Below are positions 48,068-58,777 of a stretch of 64,000 nucleotides of DNA, piece after piece. The number at the start of each line of letters is the position of its first letter. Position 1 is the first letter of the stretch. This stretch comes from an uncultured Candidatus Saccharibacteria bacterium (GTDB lineage Bacteria > Patescibacteriota > Minisyncoccia > Phycocordibacterales > CAIZLB01). The position numbers and the translations under genes were made by a program. The stretch lies in NCBI GenBank assembly GCA_964450605.1, contig CAYVEK010000002.1:14384-78383 (forward strand), in the 5' to 3' direction. The notes below the pieces were generated by a model. It searched no databases and was not told the DNA's origin. It saw nothing but the letters and a program-made list of their open reading frames with translations.

Positions 48068-49319
48068 AAGCTACATACATCATATAAACAATCGTTTTTT
48101 TAACCTTGATTTAAAATTCTTGGTTAAAAATTCTTTTTATACACTATCTTCATATATAGTTTCTGTGTTATGTACTCTGCTTATCACATATGTGATAGCC
48201 AACAACATAAGTGAACATCATACAGGTATATATAGATACGTATTTTCTTGGTACGGAGTACTGGGAGCATTTATGCTTTCAGGTATAACATCAGCACTTA
48301 CGATCTCTACCGCCAAAGGTTACAACTCACTACGTAAAGCATTTATCTATAAAAGTTGGTTTTCTTTTTTTGGACTTATAGTGTCCCTTGGAGGTGCATT
48401 GTACTATAAGATAGGTGGGAACGAAGAATTGTTCTGGAACTTTGTATTGCTTGCAATATCTCTTCCTATTCTTGAAATATCAAATCTGTACAACTCATAT
48501 CTGCAAGGTGCTGAAAAATTTAAAACTTCAGCCAAGTTTACAGTACTAAATAAAATATCAACTCTTATAAGTATTGTACTGTTTGTCTACGTATTACATA
48601 TACCGAACTCTTACATACTTCTTATATCAAACATAACCTTAGTTGCCGTTATTCAACTTCTCTATATATACAAAGTTCACTCTGATCACAGACTACCTGT
48701 ATCAGACGAGACAAGTGATCCTAAGCTTTTACGTAATTCTATACATTTTAGTTTGATGGGCATAGCGTACACTATAGGACAGCAGGCTGATAAATTTATC
48801 TTATTTAAATTTTTTGGAACAACAGCTCTTGCTGGATACTGGATAGCAACTGTTATACCTCTCGAGATACAGCGCTTTCTAACACAAATCATAAGTATAT
48901 ACACCCCAAAAATCGTACGAGTAGACGAACACGATCCTGCATTTAGAAAAAAATTTATTAGAATACTTTCAATTATTTCAATCAGCCTACTTTGTCTAGT
49001 TGGAATATACTATGCAACTGCACCTTATGTATTTAGTATACTATTTCCGAAATATACAGACGTCATCCCTCTTTCAAAACTATTTTTCTGGATTATTGTT
49101 TTTACCCCATTTACATTTATCTGGAGTTTTTTTGTGGCTCGAACACATATCAAAAAAACATACTTTTTCCATATCGCTGACCCTGCAATACAGATAGGTT
49201 TATATTTCTTGTTAATATACAATTTCCAATTGGGAGTTGTTGGGGTTATATACGCAATTCTTGCAAAGAATGCAATCATGAGTCTTATAGGGCTAGGATG
49301 GTTTATCAGTAAAAAGTAA
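48054..49319 (+). CDS. Oligosaccharide flippase (Wzx-like)
   Basis: About 12 TM, GIY.Y, QADKFIL..FFG...LAGY; inside the glycan locus. Confidence 0.8.
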   Translation: MQKVKSYIHHINNRFFNLDLKFLVKNSFYTLSSYIVSVLCTLLITYVIANNISEHHTGIYRYVFSWYGVLGAFMLSGITSALTISTAKGYNSLRKAFIYKSWFSFFGLIVSLGGALYYKIGGNEELFWNFVLLAISLPILEISNLYNSYLQGAEKFKTSAKFTVLNKISTLISIVLFVYVLHIPNSYILLISNITLVAVIQLLYIYKVHSDHRLPVSDETSDPKLLRNSIHFSLMGIAYTIGQQADKFILFKFFGTTALAGYWIATVIPLEIQRFLTQIISIYTPKIVRVDEHDPAFRKKFIRILSIISISLLCLVGIYYATAPYVFSILFPKYTDVIPLSKLFFWIIVFTPFTFIWSFFVARTHIKKTYFFHIADPAIQIGLYFLLIYNFQLGVVGVIYAILAKNAIMSLIGLGWFISKK

Positions 49320-49323
49320 AATC

Positions 49324-50088
49324 ATGAACTATAAAATATACGTCATAAATCTAGATAAAGACGCGGACAGACTTTCATTTATGAGTTCACAACTCACTGA
49401 ACTTGGTTTATCTTTTGAACGCTTCCCTGCCATTCTTGGGAAAGAACATGACTTTTCAAATGAATACGATGCGTCTTTGTGTGTAAAGAAAAATGGAGTA
49501 CCTATGACTACATCTGAACTAGGGTGCGCCTTATCTCACAAAAAAGTTTACGAAAAAATACTGCAAGGACAAGAAGAGTTTGGATTAGTTTTCGAAGATG
49601 ATATTGCCATACATGATAAAAATTTCAAAAAAATACTAGCAAACACAATACAAGAAAATTTAAAAAAACATTCTTGGGACTACTTGCAATTTGACTATCA
49701 AAAACCTGGTATATCTTGGATTAAAGCATGGTTAGATCAAGTTAGACGTACTTTTAATATACGTACCGATCCATTATCACGCTATACACATATATTACTC
49801 AGTATCTGTAAACTGCCGATCGTAATCCTGCTCGGTTTATATGAGGGTATACGAAATATGTTTGTCAAAGGACCTGTTTCTTTTCACCGTGATGTATATT
49901 TTGCAGGTTGCTATCTCATAACAAAAAAAGGTGCAGAGACGCTATTACAGTTATCAGATAAACTTATATATCCAGCTGATCGTATACAAAATGAGGCAAA
50001 AAAACAACTTGGTTTAAAAATTAAATATTTTAGCCCCGTTATAGCTTTTCAACAAAGAAATAAATTTAAAACAAATATTGGACTATGA
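49324..50088 (+). CDS. Glycosyltransferase family 25
   Basis: YVINLDKDADR, GCALSH, FEDD, YLITKKGA. Confidence 0.9.
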   Translation: MNYKIYVINLDKDADRLSFMSSQLTELGLSFERFPAILGKEHDFSNEYDASLCVKKNGVPMTTSELGCALSHKKVYEKILQGQEEFGLVFEDDIAIHDKNFKKILANTIQENLKKHSWDYLQFDYQKPGISWIKAWLDQVRRTFNIRTDPLSRYTHILLSICKLPIVILLGLYEGIRNMFVKGPVSFHRDVYFAGCYLITKKGAETLLQLSDKLIYPADRIQNEAKKQLGLKIKYFSPVIAFQQRNKFKTNIGL

Positions 50089-51113
50089 ACAAAAACTATT
50101 TTCCATTTATAGACATACTACGTTTTATCGCCGCCCTATCTGTTATGTTTTTTCATTATTTTGCAGTGGCTCTACAAGATAGCAAGAACATACTCGCTGT
50201 GTACATAAGCCATGGATACTTGGGTGTTGAATTATTTTTCATGATATCAGGTTTTGTGATCTTCTTTAGTTTGCATAAAGGTACTAAAGAGTATGCTATC
50301 GGAAGATTTGTACGTCTATATCCTCTGTTTTGGATATGTTGTACTCTAACCTATCTGGTAACCATATGGTTTAATGCAAACCCTCTGCCTTTTGCCGTGT
50401 ATTTGAAAAATCTACTTTTAGTAAATAACAACCAAACAGCCACACTTGTCGATGGTGTATATTGGACTCTTACTCAAGAGATTATTTTCTATACACTCAT
50501 AGGAGCTTTCGCATACATATGGGGTATGCGAAAAATAGAATGGTTTTTTGGTTTATGGATAGCATTTGCCTACGTTGTATTTGCATTTAATCTTGAACAT
50601 TTCTTTATTGCAAAAATAGCACTCGCTCGATACGCAGGATTCTTTAGTATTGGAGGGTTGACTGCTCTTATATATTCACAAAGACACAAGAGCTCTACAA
50701 AAACTCTATATATACGATCAGGACTTTTAGCATCAGCACTTGCGTTGCCTATATTTGTAAGCGAGAGGCTTAAAATCAATCCAACATCATCTACAAATCT
50801 ATTTGGTATCTTTGATAGCACAGGGTATGTAATACTCACAGTACTAACCGCACTATTCTTCAGTGCAATCATCTGGAATAGATCCATACGGTATACCAAA
50901 ATAGCACTAGTACTAGGAGCTATGACGTATCCGCTGTATCTTCTCCACTATAAGATTGGAGAAACTATCGTCAGTTTATTTGAGCCATTTGGACGCATCA
51001 GTTTGATATCTTTTTCAGTCGCAATAAGTATACTAATTCTGTCGTACATAATGAGTATTTTTGATAAAAAACTCCGATATATAATCATGCAAAAAATAAA
51101 GAAAGTATGGTAG
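50085..51113 (+). CDS. Acyltransferase family 3 (OafA-like)
   Basis: DILRFIAALSVMFFHY, GVELFFMISGFVI, YWTL..E..FY, TYPLYLLH. Confidence 0.92.
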   Translation: MNKNYFPFIDILRFIAALSVMFFHYFAVALQDSKNILAVYISHGYLGVELFFMISGFVIFFSLHKGTKEYAIGRFVRLYPLFWICCTLTYLVTIWFNANPLPFAVYLKNLLLVNNNQTATLVDGVYWTLTQEIIFYTLIGAFAYIWGMRKIEWFFGLWIAFAYVVFAFNLEHFFIAKIALARYAGFFSIGGLTALIYSQRHKSSTKTLYIRSGLLASALALPIFVSERLKINPTSSTNLFGIFDSTGYVILTVLTALFFSAIIWNRSIRYTKIALVLGAMTYPLYLLHYKIGETIVSLFEPFGRISLISFSVAISILILSYIMSIFDKKLRYIIMQKIKKVW

Positions 51114-51130
51114 TATGATTTTAAAAATAC

Positions 51131-51925
51131 ATGTCACTCAGTTTTATCAAAAAAGCCATACTTTTCTTCCCTAAATATCTTCTCAAAGACCCTTATTTTG
51201 TGTTGCTATATATACTTGCCTATCCTCGAAGATACTATACAAATACTGCCCGTTTTTTTAGCGAAACAGAGTTTTTGGATGAGGTCAGAAAAGGTAAATC
51301 GATCATACGTATCGGTGATGGTGAGATAAGTTTATTGCACGGACGAAGTATACACTACCAAAGATACATAAAAGCGCTCGCCTCTGGTTTGCGAACAGCT
51401 ATCACAGATCACTCTCCCACCTGTCCATATGTATTAAGTATTCCAATATTTGTGAACTATACAAACAAGGAATTAAACAAAACTCGAGGCAAACTTTCTT
51501 GTTGGCTTCCTCTTAAGGTTGAGTTTCGTAGAATATTTAACAAACAAGCTGGCTATGCTGATGCACACTTCTTCTACTATAGAGATAAGATGATATCTTT
51601 TTTTAAAGAGTTTATTGAGCAAAAACCTGTTATTTTTATCTCAAATCCAGAAACAAACGCATCTATTAAAAATAGAATACATTATCCCGCACATTTTATC
51701 GATACACCTTCAGAGAATTCATTTGAATCTATTTCAGACATATATACACAGATAGACTCTATTATCAATCAAAACCCTAGAGATAAATATATCCTAGTTG
51801 TATCAACAGGGCCTACAAGCAAGATTATTGCTCATGACTATGCTCTTCGAGGGTATCAATCTTTTGATGTTGGGTTTGGTCTAAAATATATATACGATGA
51901 CAAGGATTATTCCTATCTTATTTAA
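51131..51925 (+). CDS. GT-D fold (DUF1792-like) glycosyltransferase
   Basis: SIIRIGDGE, GPTSKI, DVG motifs. Confidence 0.75.
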   Translation: MSLSFIKKAILFFPKYLLKDPYFVLLYILAYPRRYYTNTARFFSETEFLDEVRKGKSIIRIGDGEISLLHGRSIHYQRYIKALASGLRTAITDHSPTCPYVLSIPIFVNYTNKELNKTRGKLSCWLPLKVEFRRIFNKQAGYADAHFFYYRDKMISFFKEFIEQKPVIFISNPETNASIKNRIHYPAHFIDTPSENSFESISDIYTQIDSIINQNPRDKYILVVSTGPTSKIIAHDYALRGYQSFDVGFGLKYIYDDKDYSYLI

Positions 51926-51943
51926 TGGTATAATCTAATCACA

Positions 51944-52744
51944 ATGCAGAAACTAAAAATAGCTCTAAAACGAGTACTTCCTGATTCATTATTTGCTTTA
52001 GTTCGAAAAGTGTATATAAAAACAATCGGGCGTTTTGTTGATAAGAAAAACAATACTCTTGTCGACGGTTATACAAAAACATATTTAGAAAAACATGGAT
52101 ACATTGTTTCCGACGGACCTTTTAAAGGATTACAGTACGTAAAAGAATCAGTAGGCTCTTCGTTTTTACACAAACTTGCAGGGTACTATGAAGCAGTTCT
52201 TATACCTTATGTTGAAGAGGTAAAACATTTACCAATACAACACATACTTGATATAGGTGCAGCTGAAGGCTACTATACAACAGGTTTTGGATCTATATTT
52301 CCTTACGCATCGATAACAGCTTTTGAAATGGAAGAAAAAGGACGTGCAAATATCAAAACACTTCATTCTATAAATCATCTTACAAACACTATCGAAATAC
52401 TCGGTGAAGCAACATCTGAAAATGTGTTCAAATACGTAAAACCGGGAACTCTTCTTATTTGCGACTGCGAAGGTGCTGAAAAAACCATATTCAACACACC
52501 CAGAGAAGAAGCTGGAAATATTATATACGGAATCATTGAATTACATGATGAGCTTGTGCCAGGTTGTAAAGAAGCAGTAATTAACTTTTTCTCCCCTACC
52601 CATACAGTAGAAGTTGTTCGGTTCGCTCATGCAGAGCCGAAAAACTTTGTCTTCTTTAAAAACATACCATCAAGTGATGTGTCTGTTCTACTGCGAGAAC
52701 GTGGTATACAAGATCAAGAGTGGGCTATTATTAGATTAAAATAG
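51944..52744 (+). CDS. SAM-dependent methyltransferase-like protein (FkbM-related)
   Basis: GPFKGL.Y, KLAGYYE, ILDIGAAEGYY, ICDCEGAE, IIELHD. Confidence 0.75.
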   Translation: MQKLKIALKRVLPDSLFALVRKVYIKTIGRFVDKKNNTLVDGYTKTYLEKHGYIVSDGPFKGLQYVKESVGSSFLHKLAGYYEAVLIPYVEEVKHLPIQHILDIGAAEGYYTTGFGSIFPYASITAFEMEEKGRANIKTLHSINHLTNTIEILGEATSENVFKYVKPGTLLICDCEGAEKTIFNTPREEAGNIIYGIIELHDELVPGCKEAVINFFSPTHTVEVVRFAHAEPKNFVFFKNIPSSDVSVLLRERGIQDQEWAIIRLK

Positions 52745-52748
52745 TTTA

Positions 52749-53633
52749 TTACGAGCAAAATATATTCGTTTGATCTTTTTTAAGATCATTAAACCATTGA
52801 TACAATTCCTCCTTAGAAGAAAGTATCTTGTCAGGAGATTCACCTTCTAGGTCTCGTACGCTATATTTTTTATCGATCAAAAAATTAAGTATTCGCAAAC
52901 CATCATTTTCATTTTTCTTATTATAAAAAATAGGAGTAAATTCTAGTAATATCTTTGGCCTACATCTACTTATAAGTTCAGACAGACCTTCAAGAACGTC
53001 CGCCTCATATCCCTCAACGTCTATTTTCACAAAATCAACCCTGGGAACATCTTTGAGTACAACATCTCCGTTTTTGATAGTAACAGACATTTTTTCCATG
53101 TTCTCAGCATATGCAACCAAAGAAGATCCTCCTTTATTTATAGGATTTATATGCAAAGTAAGCTGTTCATCCTTGTTAGCGAGTCCAAAATTATACAGTT
53201 GTATATTTTGAATGTTACTTGCACGAATACTTTTATTAAACTGTTCGTATATGTTTATATTAGGCTCAAATGCATATACCCTACCAGTCAAACCTACCAG
53301 TTGCGAAGCAAAAAGAGCATGTTGACCTATATTTGCACCTATATCCACATACGCATCTCCTTTTTTCAATTGTGTTTTTAAAAAGAGAAGTATATCCTCT
53401 TCGTATACACCCTTCCAGTATATTTCATTGTCAATGAATCCGTTTTGGGCATTTAGTACGATTTGAAAAGAAACGTCTGCGTACTTGAAAGGATATTCCA
53501 TTTCACCTGTAAATCTTTTCAGCTTTAAACCTCTAACATATACATACCCGGGCAATAATATCTTTCGTACACATCTGTATACAAAAGAAAAATGTTTTTT
53601 AATGAATATTTTTATATTTAACATATCAAGCAT
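52749..53633 (-). CDS. FkbM family methyltransferase
   Basis: DIGANIG, VYAFEP, KIDVEGYE. Confidence 0.92.
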   Translation of the reverse strand: MLDMLNIKIFIKKHFSFVYRCVRKILLPGYVYVRGLKLKRFTGEMEYPFKYADVSFQIVLNAQNGFIDNEIYWKGVYEEDILLFLKTQLKKGDAYVDIGANIGQHALFASQLVGLTGRVYAFEPNINIYEQFNKSIRASNIQNIQLYNFGLANKDEQLTLHINPINKGGSSLVAYAENMEKMSVTIKNGDVVLKDVPRVDFVKIDVEGYEADVLEGLSELISRCRPKILLEFTPIFYNKKNENDGLRILNFLIDKKYSVRDLEGESPDKILSSKEELYQWFNDLKKDQTNIFCS

Positions 53634-53645
53634 TTTGTAATAGTT

Positions 53646-54752
53646 TTATTTTGTTAAGACGTTATAAAATAATAGTCCCATATGTTCAAAAGAAAATTCT
53701 TTTTTAGTGAGCTCAACAGCTTTTTCAGACATTAATTTTAGATTTTCTGAAGTATGTATTTGTTTTAAGCAAGAAACAAGTTCATCGACATTACCTGTAG
53801 TATATGTATAACCATTTATACCCTGTCTAACATATGCCGCCGCCCCAGAAGTATCACTCACAATACAGGGCAAACCGGCAGTCATAGCTTCAAGAACTAC
53901 TATACCTATAGCATCATTGTAGCTAGATAGTATGAGTACATCATGTGAATTATACAACTCATTAAGAGCATCTCTACTCTGAGACTCGACATGTGAAATG
54001 TTAGCGGTTAAACCAGCGTCGTGTATATATTTAAAAATAGAATTCATATACTCAGTAGGTTGGCCAACAAAAGTTGCTTTAACCTGAACACCTTGTTTTT
54101 TTAGTTTTTGTACAGCCTGCACCACATCAATATGTTTTTTGTATGGAACAAAACGAGAAACCATAAGTATGCGAAGAACATTATCTTTGCGTAAGAATCT
54201 GTCTCCTGTATCAAAAAAACTAGTTCCTTCTATAGGCACAGGACAAACATCAACAGTTCGACCAAATAGTTTTTGTAGATATGTTTGACCTAGTTCACAA
54301 TATGCGATTATGTGGTCAATTTTTGATTTACAGATCTTATTAAGGTACACCATCGGGTAAAATGCCAATCTGGAAACAATACTCTGAGGAGTTATTTTTG
54401 TCTCACATTGTAAGATCAATTTTGTTTTTGGATGTTTTGCTTTATACCACAAAGCCTGGACAGTCCAGAGTCTGAAAAAGTCCATACACACGACTATATC
54501 AGGACGAATCTCTTCAAGTTTTCTGCACAAACCTTTTTGATAAAAAGGTAGAGACACTTGATTATGTAATACTTTACCTAAGAATGCACCAAGGCCAAAA
54601 AAACCATGTGCTAATTTATGATACGTAAAAGTACTTTTATCATTTTTAATATATGTAGAGTTCGAAACATGCACCTCAGCTCTATCCTGAGTATAATGCA
54701 CCAATGGAAGCGTTACACTATTTATTCCTATAAAAAATATCTTTTTGTTCAT
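53646..54752 (-). CDS. Glycosyltransferase family 4
   Basis: VSRFVPYKK, DAIGIVVLEAMTAGLP (D in place of the first E of EX7E). Confidence 0.88.
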   Translation of the reverse strand: MNKKIFFIGINSVTLPLVHYTQDRAEVHVSNSTYIKNDKSTFTYHKLAHGFFGLGAFLGKVLHNQVSLPFYQKGLCRKLEEIRPDIVVCMDFFRLWTVQALWYKAKHPKTKLILQCETKITPQSIVSRLAFYPMVYLNKICKSKIDHIIAYCELGQTYLQKLFGRTVDVCPVPIEGTSFFDTGDRFLRKDNVLRILMVSRFVPYKKHIDVVQAVQKLKKQGVQVKATFVGQPTEYMNSIFKYIHDAGLTANISHVESQSRDALNELYNSHDVLILSSYNDAIGIVVLEAMTAGLPCIVSDTSGAAAYVRQGINGYTYTTGNVDELVSCLKQIHTSENLKLMSEKAVELTKKEFSFEHMGLLFYNVLTK

Positions 54753-54762
54753 ATATATGATA

Positions 54763-55890
54763 TTACATTAATCTGTCCCATGATTGAGCGATACGTGTTA
54801 ATGAAAAATAGTCTGATCTTTCTTTTATATGATCTGAACTAAAAAATTGTTTTTCTTCCATTATCTGAATCAGATTTTGGGCCAGTGTTTGTTCATTAGC
54901 AAGATATCCATATACTGTTTTATATGGATACGTTGAAATATCTTTCTTATTGAATCCAAAAATCTCCCGTGGGCCAAAATCACAATCAATAGACACAACA
55001 GGTTTACCTAAAGACATAGCTTGAACTATCGATAAACCAAAAGACTCAGAATACGAAGAACAGACATATGCGTCCGCAAGAGCTATATAAGGAAAAACAT
55101 TTTTTCTCTCACCTAGTAGGTAGACGCTTTTATTGAGCTTTTGACTGTAAATCAGCTCTTCTAACACGCCCCTCTCCGAACCCTCACCGATTATAACGAG
55201 CTTTGAATCTGGTTTTTTTAACACAACATTGCTCCAAGAATCAATAAGCCGTTTATATCCTTTTATGGGAGCAAGTCGTCCAACACTTATGATCAGATTA
55301 GAACATGATGATCGAACCTGATTTTCAAATATACTATACAACTCATCTTTTTCTGATTCTGTATCAACCCGCTCTTTAAAGTTGTATATACATATCGCTT
55401 TTTCTTGAAACTTTTTAGGAAGTTTTTCTTGTATTTCAAGAGTAATCCCTTGAGAGACTCCGACATATGCATCCCATTTTACAAACCTAAACATGAAAGC
55501 AAGTAAAAAACGATTCACAAAACTTGTTGTCGATATTTGTTGATGTATCACAGCGAAGGCTTTAGGTCTCATATTTTTAGATATAGACATAAGCGCCAAT
55601 GATGTCGAAATAATCATATTATCAACCGAAACAACAAGATGGGTAGGTTTTTCTTTTTTTATATAAGATCGTATCTTATATGCCCGATTTAAAAACTTAT
55701 ATAGTTTTACGAAAATATTTAGACTTATCTTTTCTTCAAAACCCGTCACAGGAGCCTGTGTTTTTTCATATGCACACAGATATGAGACAATGCCACCTTT
55801 TGAAGCAAAATATCTACCGAGCCCTTTGCTCCATGTTTCTATGCCACCGAGGGTTGAATATGATGTTTGAATAAAGGTGATTTTTTTCAT
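54763..55890 (-). CDS. Glycosyltransferase family 4
   Basis: GGIE, VGRLAPIKG, SESFGLSIVQAMSLGKP, GPREI. Confidence 0.9.
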   Translation of the reverse strand: MKKITFIQTSYSTLGGIETWSKGLGRYFASKGGIVSYLCAYEKTQAPVTGFEEKISLNIFVKLYKFLNRAYKIRSYIKKEKPTHLVVSVDNMIISTSLALMSISKNMRPKAFAVIHQQISTTSFVNRFLLAFMFRFVKWDAYVGVSQGITLEIQEKLPKKFQEKAICIYNFKERVDTESEKDELYSIFENQVRSSCSNLIISVGRLAPIKGYKRLIDSWSNVVLKKPDSKLVIIGEGSERGVLEELIYSQKLNKSVYLLGERKNVFPYIALADAYVCSSYSESFGLSIVQAMSLGKPVVSIDCDFGPREIFGFNKKDISTYPYKTVYGYLANEQTLAQNLIQIMEEKQFFSSDHIKERSDYFSLTRIAQSWDRLM

Positions 55891-55905
55891 ATAGTATGCA
55901 CGATA

Positions 55906-57669
55906 TTATTTCTTAGATAACAGATAATTACCTATTGCCAAATGAGGTAGACCACTTTCAACAAATGTTCGTATAGCATCTTTGGGAAATTCTACATTCG
56001 GTTCACCGTGCAAATTGAATGATGTATTCAAAACCCCTCCGATACCTGTTATTTTTTCAAATGCATCTATAAGGTTCCAGTATGATGCGTTCATTTCTTT
56101 TTTTACCATTTGTGGACGAGAAGTTAGATCATATGGATGCAGTGCTGCCGGGAGATCTGTATGAGCCAGAGGTTTTGTGTCAAAGGTAATACTCATATAT
56201 GGTGCAAAGAAGTTTTTTGGGTTAACTAGATAATCATCTCTCCTCTCCCACTTTATACTTGTAGCAAACGGCATCCAAAAATCTCTGTTCTTGATCATTT
56301 CATTTATAAGTTTTACGTTCTCACGAGAAGATGGGTTGGCCAATATAGATCTATTGCCTAGCGCTCGCGCACCCCATTCTGCACGCCCCTTAAATCTACC
56401 CACAACAGAATTACCAGCGAGAATTTCCGCAACCTGCTGTTCTATATTTTTTTGACCTTGCGGATCAAAATACTGAATCTCAATAGAAAGATTTTTAAAG
56501 TCATATGCATCAATAGCTTTTTTAATCTCATCATCTGAATATTCAGAACCTAAATATATATCTTGGATCGGCTTCAAATCATTTAGGCTATTTGTCAGAG
56601 AATAGCCATACACCGCAGCACCTATAGCCAAGGATTCATCTCCACAAGACGGAGTCGAAGTCAGAGAATAAACTTCGGGCATCTCTAGAAGCTTTTGATT
56701 TGCTTTTACATTCATAAACACACCTCCAGCTATAGCAACATCGTGGATTTTATATTTCTCTATCGAACTTTTCGCTATGGATTTAATAATTTCTTCTGTT
56801 AATTTCTGAATACCGTATGCCAGTGAGTCAAAACGATAGTGATAGTAGTTATATGCAACAAGATACCCAGGAGTATAGTTGAGAGGAAATGCAGATTTTA
56901 TATTCAAAGAGTTTTCATCCCACCAACATAATTCTTTAAATTTTTTATACACTTTTTCTCCACTTGAGACTTTCGCATATGGTGCAAGTCCCATAACTTT
57001 GAATTCATGTTCGTTTCTGCTCATACCTACAATATCCGTAACTCCAGAATACATGAGTCCGAGTGAATCACGAATCGCCATTTTATGTTTCATCTCTATA
57101 GTTTTTCCGTCAAATATATTTATAGAGCCCGAAGCATCATCGCCTGCCCCATCAAGTGTAAGAATAAGATGTTTTTTATTAACATCTGACATAAAAGGCA
57201 CGGTTGCCCAAGCATGAGCTAAATGATGGTGAAGAAAAACAACTTTGGTATCTTTAAATTGATCCTGCAAAAGTTTTGTAACTTTTTGAGCTGTACCCCA
57301 ACTCATCTTCCACATTAAAAATCTATCTCTCAAACCCAATATTTTTGCAATAAAAGGCCACCGTAATGTAATCGCTCGATAAAAGGCATTCATTTTTGGA
57401 ATACCTATTTTTCTATTTTTTTCATTATCTTCTGCAGTTGTTAGTATATAACTCTGATTATCTAATCGCTCACCTACCATAACAACGAGATCAAAAGATT
57501 CTATAGAATATTTTTCTTTTATGTATTGTATAGATTTATATGGAAACCCAACATATTTTTTATACCCAGAAAGTCTTTCTTCCGACATAGCTTCAACGAT
57601 GGCTCCATTTTTTATCAAAACAGCTGTAGCATCGTGCCCTCCGTGAATTCCCAATATATATCTGTTCAT
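55906..57669 (-). CDS. Carbamoyltransferase (NodU/CmcH/TobZ family)
   Basis: HDAT, EERLS, HHLAHA, DGAGD, KVMGLAPY, GGVFMNVKAN, GARALGNRSILA, LNTSFNLHGEP. Confidence 0.95.
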   Translation of the reverse strand: MNRYILGIHGGHDATAVLIKNGAIVEAMSEERLSGYKKYVGFPYKSIQYIKEKYSIESFDLVVMVGERLDNQSYILTTAEDNEKNRKIGIPKMNAFYRAITLRWPFIAKILGLRDRFLMWKMSWGTAQKVTKLLQDQFKDTKVVFLHHHLAHAWATVPFMSDVNKKHLILTLDGAGDDASGSINIFDGKTIEMKHKMAIRDSLGLMYSGVTDIVGMSRNEHEFKVMGLAPYAKVSSGEKVYKKFKELCWWDENSLNIKSAFPLNYTPGYLVAYNYYHYRFDSLAYGIQKLTEEIIKSIAKSSIEKYKIHDVAIAGGVFMNVKANQKLLEMPEVYSLTSTPSCGDESLAIGAAVYGYSLTNSLNDLKPIQDIYLGSEYSDDEIKKAIDAYDFKNLSIEIQYFDPQGQKNIEQQVAEILAGNSVVGRFKGRAEWGARALGNRSILANPSSRENVKLINEMIKNRDFWMPFATSIKWERRDDYLVNPKNFFAPYMSITFDTKPLAHTDLPAALHPYDLTSRPQMVKKEMNASYWNLIDAFEKITGIGGVLNTSFNLHGEPNVEFPKDAIRTFVESGLPHLAIGNYLLSKK

Positions 57670-57745
57670 AGATATGGATTATATCATAATAATCGGTTTT
57701 TATACAGGTACTATAAGCTGATTTGTGGTATACTGTTCAAATTAA

Positions 57746-58777
57746 ATGAAAGAAAAAATAGGAGCCGTCAATCTGCTACGTTTCTTGGCAGCCATAGGAG
57801 TGCTTTTGTATCACTACATGTTCATGTTTTATCAACGGGGCTTATCCTACCTTGATTTTGGACCTTTACGTGGTATTGCTCAGTATGGATATTTAGGAGT
57901 AGACCTGTTCTTTATCATCAGTGGGTTTGTTATTGCACTCAGTGCAGAAAACAGAACATGGTTTGGTTTTCTAACCTCAAGAATGAGTCGTCTATACCCT
58001 ATTTTCTGGACCTGTGTGAGTATCACTGCGCTATATATTCTTTTTGGAGGATATTTAGTGTCTGAACATGTCACGTGGGGTAGATATTTTGCCGGACTGA
58101 CGATGACACCAGGTTTATTTGGACAAACTATATTAGAGGGATCATATTGGACTTTGGAAGTTGAACTAAAGTTTTATTTTATTATTTTTATAATTCTTGC
58201 TTTTAGAGGTTTTAAAAAAATAGAACATCTTTCATACATAGCAATAGTATCTATTATATTGATGATGAGCTTTACATCTATTCATATAGGATGGGCAGTA
58301 AATTTTCTTGCGGGAATACTCTTTTTCAAAATATATAAAGATGGTATAACAATACCCCGAATGATCGGAGTACTTACGTTACTGCCGATAAATATACACA
58401 CCGCTCTTGAATACAGCAGAAACTTAACAGAAAATTATAATACAGTATTTAAAGATTCTGTAGTCGGAACTTCCATTATTCTTTTTTATACAGCCTTTAT
58501 GCTCATAGCCACAAAAACGATATCTTTCAAAGACAATAAATGGCTGTCTCTTGCAGGGTTATTAACTTACCCTGTATATCTCCTGCATCAACAAATAGGT
58601 CATATACTTTTTAATGTATACAAAGACAGCGTGTCACAATACGCTTCACTTGTACTTGTAACAGGTTTTATACTAATACTTTCATATCTAGTTCACATTC
58701 TTGTTGAGGACAGTGGTAGAAAGATGATACAAAATACAATGCAAAAAATCGCAAAAGCTCTGAAACTAAACCCCTAA
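57746..58777 (+). CDS. Acyltransferase family 3, second paralogue
   Basis: LLRFLAAIGVLLYHY, GVDLFFIISGFVI, YWTLEVELKFY, TYPVYLLH. Confidence 0.92.
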   Translation: MKEKIGAVNLLRFLAAIGVLLYHYMFMFYQRGLSYLDFGPLRGIAQYGYLGVDLFFIISGFVIALSAENRTWFGFLTSRMSRLYPIFWTCVSITALYILFGGYLVSEHVTWGRYFAGLTMTPGLFGQTILEGSYWTLEVELKFYFIIFIILAFRGFKKIEHLSYIAIVSIILMMSFTSIHIGWAVNFLAGILFFKIYKDGITIPRMIGVLTLLPINIHTALEYSRNLTENYNTVFKDSVVGTSIILFYTAFMLIATKTISFKDNKWLSLAGLLTYPVYLLHQQIGHILFNVYKDSVSQYASLVLVTGFILILSYLVHILVEDSGRKMIQNTMQKIAKALKLNP

